A stretch of DNA of 64,000 bases from positions 768,001-832,000 of the forward strand of contig OZ245020.1 in the NCBI GenBank assembly GCA_965223865.1. Direction: 5' to 3'. The first letter of the stretch is position 1. Each line of letters begins with the position of its first letter. This document shows, piece by piece, positions 58,232-64,000 of this stretch. Made by a program: the position numbers and the translations under genes. This stretch comes from Nitrosarchaeum sp. GTDB taxonomy: Archaea; Thermoproteota; Nitrososphaeria; Nitrososphaerales; Nitrosopumilaceae. The notes under the pieces are model-generated. The model had not been told where the DNA came from. It ran no database searches and saw only the letters and a program-made list of their open reading frames with translations.

Positions 58232-59010
58232 TTTACAATTTCCTCAAATATTTCTGTTGGATTATTAACTGAAATACCTCTTTTAGAGAAGAATCGCGTT
58301 ATGTTATTAATATCTCTTTGAAGAAATTTTTTTGCATTGGGGTGTCTCAGATCAACTGCTGAGCCAAGATCAAAAACAATCAATCCCTTTTTCGTTTTGA
58401 AAATATTATATTCAGAGTAATCACCATGTACAAGTTTTGCATTTTGGTATAATTTTTTTAAAATCGATATAGATTCATGATAATCATTTTCAGAAATTTT
58501 TGATTCAAGTAATAATTTTGCAGGAGCTCCATTTTTACCTACAAATTTCATTGCCAATACATTATTTGTAACATAGAGGGGTTTAGGTACAGGAATTCCA
58601 CAATCAAAACATTGAGAAAGATTTCGGAATTCCTTTCTAGCCCAAAAATGAATCAAATTTTTAGTTCCTTTTTTTAATTTCGAAAATCTTGGATCTCCCA
58701 GAATATAGGGCTCTCTTTTTTTAAAATTTGAAGTACTTACCAAATAAATCTTCAAAGCTACATCTTCATTATTTTCATCAACTGCCCAAAATAGAAGAGA
58801 TTCCTTTCCACCGCTAACAGCTCCATTAACATATGCAATAATATGATTCCGTATCATATTGTATAGAGTCATAACAGTTGGCTTGTCTAAGACTTCGTTG
58901 ATTACTTTACCTTTTTTAAAACCATCATCAAGATTTTTCTTTTTAGATTTTGAAATTAATTTTTTTTCAATTTTTGATTCTAATTTTTTTTCAATTTCAT
59001 CTGACAACAA
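58228..59010 (-). CDS. rio1: RIO1 serine kinase
   Basis: GKES, LVHGD.SEYN, D.G.AV...HP. Confidence 0.94.
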   Translation of the reverse strand: MLSDEIEKKLESKIEKKLISKSKKKNLDDGFKKGKVINEVLDKPTVMTLYNMIRNHIIAYVNGAVSGGKESLLFWAVDENNEDVALKIYLVSTSNFKKREPYILGDPRFSKLKKGTKNLIHFWARKEFRNLSQCFDCGIPVPKPLYVTNNVLAMKFVGKNGAPAKLLLESKISENDYHESISILKKLYQNAKLVHGDYSEYNIFKTKKGLIVFDLGSAVDLRHPNAKKFLQRDINNITRFFSKRGISVNNPTEIFEEIVK

Positions 59011-59070
59011 ATTATTTTGCTGATACTAGATAAAATGGATTTCTTTTTATTTTTGTAAGTATTGAATAAA

Positions 59071-59367
59071 TCATGTATTAAAAACAATTAAGAAAGGTAC
59101 CCCTGAAATTTTTTTAATACCATTTTCTGAACCGATTCCTAATTCTATTGAAAGTGATACAGTATCATTTCCAACCATATTGATAATGGATGATTTTTTG
59201 AGTAATATTTCAGCTTCTTCCTTGTTTACAATTTTTTCTCCATAATAGCTCTTATTGATTTTCATAATCAATTCACCTTGAACAATTTCTTTTCCAAGTA
59301 AATCAAAATCACAAATATTTAACATCATATTTTTTTGATAATCAGTGGTTTTGACAGAAAATTTCAT
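59071..59367 (-). CDS. DUF424 protein (track start 59406)
   Basis: ICD..LLG, N.VG...V. Confidence 0.88.
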   Translation of the reverse strand: MKFSVKTTDYQKNMMLNICDFDLLGKEIVQGELIMKINKSYYGEKIVNKEEAEILLKKSSIINMVGNDTVSLSIELGIGSENGIKKISGVPFLIVFNT

Positions 59368-59789
59368 TATGCATATTTTCCTTTGAGTGTAGATTTTGCT
59401 CCACATGCTTCACACATCAAAAAAGAAATTCGATTTTCTTTGACAATTTTTGTATCAGGACTTTTGCATGTAGGACATTCCAAATAATCTTTCACATAAA
59501 TTTGAAATAACCGTGTAAAATCATCTGGTGCTCGTCTTCCAATAAACATAGCTTTGTCTCCTAAGCGCTCTGCAGGAACTGCAAATTCTTTTGATAGGTA
59601 CTGTAATACTTTGTCAGGATCTCTGCGTAATATCTTTGGAAATTCTGAGAAATTACGTAGAAATGTCTTTTGTCCCTCCCACATAACGTCAACTATAGGA
59701 AGTTCAAATCTTGCAGTGGTTTCTTTTTTAGTATTACCTATCTTATCCTGAATTCTTTTCAGCAGACGTTCATACTCGGATTTGGTCAC
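59367..59789 (-). CDS. eif2b: Translation initiation factor aIF2 beta
   Basis: YE.LL, CPTCKSPDT, CEACGA. Confidence 0.95.
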   Translation of the reverse strand: MTKSEYERLLKRIQDKIGNTKKETTARFELPIVDVMWEGQKTFLRNFSEFPKILRRDPDKVLQYLSKEFAVPAERLGDKAMFIGRRAPDDFTRLFQIYVKDYLECPTCKSPDTKIVKENRISFLMCEACGAKSTLKGKYA

Positions 59790-59859
59790 TAATATTTAGT
59801 GGACAGTACACCCTATATGGGTTTTTGAAAAAGAGAAATCGTGGATTTCTGTTAGTGTT

Positions 59860-60006
59860 TTATTCCATCTTTCCTATTCGGAAAACATTAGTTCCACATT
59901 TTGGACATACTCCTTTCACAGCAGGACGTCCATTTTTTAGTTTAGTTACTTTGGGACCTTTAATTTCCCTTTTAGCTCTGCATTTTACGCAATATGCTTC
60001 AACCAT
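59860..60006 (-). CDS. DUF5679-like zinc-ribbon protein, 48 aa (MVEAYCVKCRAKREIKGPKVTKLKNGRPAVKGVCPKCGTNVFRIGKME)
   Basis: AYCVKC...KNGR.A.KG.CP.CG..VFRIG; below the ORF cutoff. Confidence 0.88.
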   Translation of the reverse strand: MVEAYCVKCRAKREIKGPKVTKLKNGRPAVKGVCPKCGTNVFRIGKME

Positions 60007-60255
60007 TCTAAAAAATGTCAAACTCGGTTCTATTTAGGAAGAGCCTGTGAAAATTATTTAACTATAGACTAGATGTGTGTAAATTTTTTAGAGTGTTAAG
60101 AAACAGACTTTATAAAAAATACAACTAATAATATGAATTTGTTAATAATTCTAAAAAGAATTGTGACAGAATTGATTTTTTTTAATATTTGTTCAAGAAG
60201 GATGTATTTTACGACTAGTTATCAGTTATAAACTCCCTGTTTGTAGGATCACAAA

Positions 60256-60753
60256 ATGGCATCAAAAAAAGGAATTACAGTTACTGTGATAATTCTAGCA
60301 GTTATTACAGGAGCAAGTTTTCTATTTTGGATAATGCCTGAGGAAACTGAATCAACCTTTGTGGTTTCAGATTATGAGGATTATTTAGATGGTATAAAAA
60401 ATATCCATGAAGTTTTGCAAGAATCAATAGATATAGAATTCCAAAATCTTATTGATGGAAAAATTACACCAGATGAGTATATTGCAATTACAGAGATAAC
60501 AACAACTCAAGTAACAGCAAAAATAAGTGAATTTGTAACATCAAAACCGTCAGAACCCTGGCAAGAAAGCTACATTAGTTATATGGATGCTCTAAAAAAA
60601 TTCAATTCATACATTGTAGAAACTAAAGTTTATGCAAATATGATTAAAGAAGGGAGTGATCAAAATGAAATGAAAGAAATTTTCCAAAAGATAGAAACGT
60701 TAAAAGAAGAATCCAAGCAGATTGCAAAAAATTCAGATAACTTACGACCATAA
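60256..60753 (+). CDS. Membrane-anchored helical hypothetical protein
   Basis: N-terminal TM; WQESY. Confidence 0.75.
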   Translation: MASKKGITVTVIILAVITGASFLFWIMPEETESTFVVSDYEDYLDGIKNIHEVLQESIDIEFQNLIDGKITPDEYIAITEITTTQVTAKISEFVTSKPSEPWQESYISYMDALKKFNSYIVETKVYANMIKEGSDQNEMKEIFQKIETLKEESKQIAKNSDNLRP

Positions 60754-60819
60754 ATAGCCTCAAAACCGAAGTATAATATTTTCAAAAGTTGGAAATCGTT
60801 AAAAAGCAATTTCACAAAT

Positions 60820-61974
60820 ATGAAGTCAATGTCTCAAAGTTCTGAAAAAATAGAAAAGGACGTAAATGCATCTACAGTCAACAAATTACTTGTAATTTGT
60901 GTGGATAGAGACAACGATATAGGCGAAAAAGCAGGTATCACTACACCAGTTATTGGAAGAGATGAGTGTATAGAGGCAGCTCAAAGATTAGCTTTAGAAG
61001 ATCCGGAAGATGCAGATTCAAATTCTATATTTGCAGCAATAAAGACCTATGAAGACCTAATAAGTAAAGGATACCAAGTAGAAGTTGTAACAATAGCAGG
61101 AGTAAAAGAACGAGGTGTACAAGCAGATGAAAAGATTTTATCTGAAGCTAGAAAGGTTTTGGAAAAATTTTCTGCGAATGGAGCTGTAATTGTTTCGGAT
61201 GGAGAAGATGATGAAAGTGTAATTCCTGTGATTCAAAATGTCCTACCAGTTGTATCGGTACAAAGAGTGGTAATGAAAGTCAGTAGAAGTGTAGAGTATT
61301 CTTATGCGGTTTTTGGAAAATATCTAAAAATGATAGCATATGATTCAAAGTATTCAAAATTTTTCTTAGGTGTTCCAGGAATCCTTTTGTTAATAGGCGG
61401 AATTGCAACTGTTTTCGGATATACTGCAGAAATTTTTGCAGTTTTAGTTAGTATTTTAGGAGGAGCATTTTTGATTAGGGCTTTTGATGTAGATAGAGCT
61501 TGGTCTAGCTGGACAAAACCCACTCCAATGGGATTCATCAGAATGTTTACAATGGTTGCAGGAGTTCTACTTATTCTGTCATCAGTTCCAGCTGGAATTA
61601 GTTCAGTAGATTCAGAATTATTAGAAAGGAATACAGAATTTATTTCAAAAATTACTGACAAAGTAATAATTGGACAATTTGTTTCAGGTGCATTACCAAT
61701 ATTATGGATTGGCATAGGTTCAATTTTTGCAGGGATTTTACTTAGTAATTGGATAGGAGAAGTTCCAAGACAAATTAGTGATATACTTAGGCTAATTGTT
61801 CTTGGAGCCTTGTATCCCACAGTATATCAATTTACAAACATCATGATAAATGAAGAAAATTCATTTACATTAATACCACCTTTGTTAGCAGGACTTGCAG
61901 CCACGTTAATCTCAGCAACGATTTTGTTTAAAAAATATAGAAAACACAGACATCAAGAAATGGTTTCAGATTAG
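60820..61974 (+). CDS. DUF373 membrane protein
   Basis: CVDRD.D.G.K, DPED.D.N, SDG.DDE. Confidence 0.92.
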   Translation: MKSMSQSSEKIEKDVNASTVNKLLVICVDRDNDIGEKAGITTPVIGRDECIEAAQRLALEDPEDADSNSIFAAIKTYEDLISKGYQVEVVTIAGVKERGVQADEKILSEARKVLEKFSANGAVIVSDGEDDESVIPVIQNVLPVVSVQRVVMKVSRSVEYSYAVFGKYLKMIAYDSKYSKFFLGVPGILLLIGGIATVFGYTAEIFAVLVSILGGAFLIRAFDVDRAWSSWTKPTPMGFIRMFTMVAGVLLILSSVPAGISSVDSELLERNTEFISKITDKVIIGQFVSGALPILWIGIGSIFAGILLSNWIGEVPRQISDILRLIVLGALYPTVYQFTNIMINEENSFTLIPPLLAGLAATLISATILFKKYRKHRHQEMVSD

Positions 61975-62052
61975 GATTCGAATCATTTTTTAATATTTTT
62001 TTATCTGAAAAACACTGATATCTTCACATGTGTATTATACATCAAAAGGTGA

Positions 62053-62850
62053 CTGGATATTAGCAAGTTTTTAGATACAATATTTCAATTATCAGGCCTA
62101 TACAAAATTTACTCAAAGAGACTTGAAAATGAGGTTCGTAATGGAGATATCCCAAATCATGTTGCACTCATTTTAGATGGAAATAGAAGATGGGCAAAAA
62201 GACACTTAGTTATTCAAAAAAAAGGACATTGGAAAGGTGCAGATGCCGTGGAAAGACTACTTGATTGGTGTGAAGAATTTGATATTAAGATAATCACATT
62301 ATACGCACTTTCGGCTGAAAATCTTGAGAGAGATGATGATGAGTTGGAATACATATATGATTTGATTCGTATGAGATTAAGAAAATTGTACAATGATCCT
62401 AGAATCCATAAAAATAAAATGAGAGTAAAAGCAATTGGAAGGATAGAACTTTTACCAGATTCTATTAAAGAAGTTTTAAAGCTATTAGATGATGCTACAA
62501 AAAATTACAATAATCATTTTCTAAATATTGCACTTGCATATGGAGGACAGTGCGAACTTGTTGATGCAGTAAAGAAAATAGGTAATAAAATTAAGAATGG
62601 ATCTTTAAATGTAAAAGAGATAAATGAAAAAGAAATTGAATCAAATCTTTACACTTCGCATCTTCCGCAATCATCTCCAGACATGATACTTAGAACGTCA
62701 GGAGAAAAAAGATTGAGTGGCTTTCTAATGTGGCAAAGTGCCTACAGTGAATTAGTTTTTATGGATATTTTTTGGCCAGAATTTAGAAAGATTGATTTGA
62801 TGAGAGCAATTAGAACATTTCAAGAAAGAAAAAGAAGAATGGGAAAATAA
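62053..62850 (+). CDS. uppS: cis-prenyltransferase (UppS); non-canonical start inferred
   Basis: HVALILDGNRRWA lies in frame upstream of the GTG at 62248; RTSGE.RLS.F..WQ. Confidence 0.93.
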   Translation: MDISKFLDTIFQLSGLYKIYSKRLENEVRNGDIPNHVALILDGNRRWAKRHLVIQKKGHWKGADAVERLLDWCEEFDIKIITLYALSAENLERDDDELEYIYDLIRMRLRKLYNDPRIHKNKMRVKAIGRIELLPDSIKEVLKLLDDATKNYNNHFLNIALAYGGQCELVDAVKKIGNKIKNGSLNVKEINEKEIESNLYTSHLPQSSPDMILRTSGEKRLSGFLMWQSAYSELVFMDIFWPEFRKIDLMRAIRTFQERKRRMGK

Positions 62851-62853
62851 AAA

Positions 62854-63273
62854 ATGATTGAAGAAACATCAGCAGGAGTAGTAATATTTAGGAGAGAAAA
62901 TTTGAAAATTTTGTTTTTATTGTTACATTATCCATCTGGACATTGGGATTTCGTTAAGGGGAAAATGGAAAAAGGAGAAACATTTCATCAAACAGCAATA
63001 AGAGAAACTAAGGAAGAAACAGGAATCACAGATATTACTTTTGTGGAAAATTTTGAAGAATGGATTGAATATAATTTTCAATTTCAAGGAGAACTTGTTC
63101 ATAAAAAAGTTGTGTTTTTCTTGGGTGAAACAAAAAATAAAGAAGTATTAATTTCTCATGAACATCTTGATTTTACTTGGATGGATTATCTTACCGCAAT
63201 AGATAAAACAACATTTGATAACGCAAAAACAGTTTTAACAAAATCATACTTGCTTCTTAGTAAGACTCTTTAA
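62854..63273 (+). CDS. Nudix hydrolase (Ap4A hydrolase-like)
   Basis: KG.....E.....A.RE..EETG, SHEH. Confidence 0.92.
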   Translation: MIEETSAGVVIFRRENLKILFLLLHYPSGHWDFVKGKMEKGETFHQTAIRETKEETGITDITFVENFEEWIEYNFQFQGELVHKKVVFFLGETKNKEVLISHEHLDFTWMDYLTAIDKTTFDNAKTVLTKSYLLLSKTL

Positions 63274-63993
63274 CTTCAATTCTTTTGAGATTAAAGCAGG
63301 ATTTTTGTTATTAAGAATAGTCCTGCCTACAATAAGGTAATCAGTGCCTGCAGACATAACTTCATTGGCATTACCTCCTTGGGTTCCTACTCCAGGAGAA
63401 AAAATATTTAATTTTTTTCCAGCCTTTTTTGAACAGAATTTTATAATTTCTGGGTATGTAGCACCAACTACAATACCATCCACCTCCGCTGCGAGGGCCC
63501 AATCTAAAAATAGTTGGTAGAGTTGCTCTTTTTTTTTTATTTTAATTTCCATATCGTATGATAACTTTGCTTCAGGTGCACTCATATGACAAAGTGTAAT
63601 AACACCCTTGTTGTTTTTATGAGCAGATTTTACTAGATTCCTTAAACTTTCCAATCCCATGATTGGGTTTGCAATAACTGCATCAAACCCAAAATTCCAT
63701 AGATGTTCAGTCGTGATTTTATTTGTATTTCCAATATCGTTTAATTTAATGTCAGCAATAGTTTGTAATCCATATTGATGGGCTACCGTATTTATTCGAA
63801 TAATCTCTTTAGATCCAAGTGGTAACAATAAATGAAAATTTAACTTAATTCCACATAAAAAGGAATGAAGATTTTTTATATTTTGAATAGTTTTTGATTC
63901 CAAATTATGTATAGAGGTATCATAATCATTAGCAAGGATTACTTTACCATTACTTTTTGATATGTTTAAAAGTCTAGTTTTGAAGGTGGCCAT
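63244..63993 (-). CDS. pyrF: Orotidine 5'-phosphate decarboxylase
   Basis: DIKLNDIGNT, VVGAT, PGVG.QGG, IVGR. Confidence 0.96.
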   Translation of the reverse strand: MATFKTRLLNISKSNGKVILANDYDTSIHNLESKTIQNIKNLHSFLCGIKLNFHLLLPLGSKEIIRINTVAHQYGLQTIADIKLNDIGNTNKITTEHLWNFGFDAVIANPIMGLESLRNLVKSAHKNNKGVITLCHMSAPEAKLSYDMEIKIKKKEQLYQLFLDWALAAEVDGIVVGATYPEIIKFCSKKAGKKLNIFSPGVGTQGGNANEVMSAGTDYLIVGRTILNNKNPALISKELKLKSLTKKQV

Positions 63994-64000
63994 AATCTAC

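Noticed and set aside
1-64000. Transposases, provirus genes, rRNA, reverse transcriptase
   Set aside because: No recognisable motifs found on manual reading.

Overview
AT-rich archaeal DNA from a Nitrosopumilus-like ammonia-oxidising archaeon (Nitrososphaerota), judged from the gene set: multiple TFBs, thermosomes, Rpo4, eS30, topo VI, DUF6659 proteins and plastocyanin-like proteins. About 24-64 kb is mostly core housekeeping (radA, pyrD/pyrK/pyrF, Nop5/fibrillarin, trm1, rlmE, topo VI, RIO1, aIF2-beta, uppS, tRNA-Ser). About 1-24 kb is an accessory stress and regulation region: 3 divergent TFB paralogs, 2 thermosome subunits, 2 Hsp20s, 2 USPs, 2 paralogous wHTH regulators, 2 stalked blue-copper proteins and several pseudogenes. 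It also holds many Cys/His microproteins below the ORF-track cutoff. The strongest candidate system has three parts: (i) a three-member double-zinc-finger microprotein family, two members next to TFB paralogs and sharing a 14-bp-phased CTAATTAG upstream array; (ii) a four-micro-ORF run between the two Hsp20 genes; (iii) a shared ATGACAA box upstream of the chaperone genes. All calls come from reading the sequence by hand; no database searches were run.
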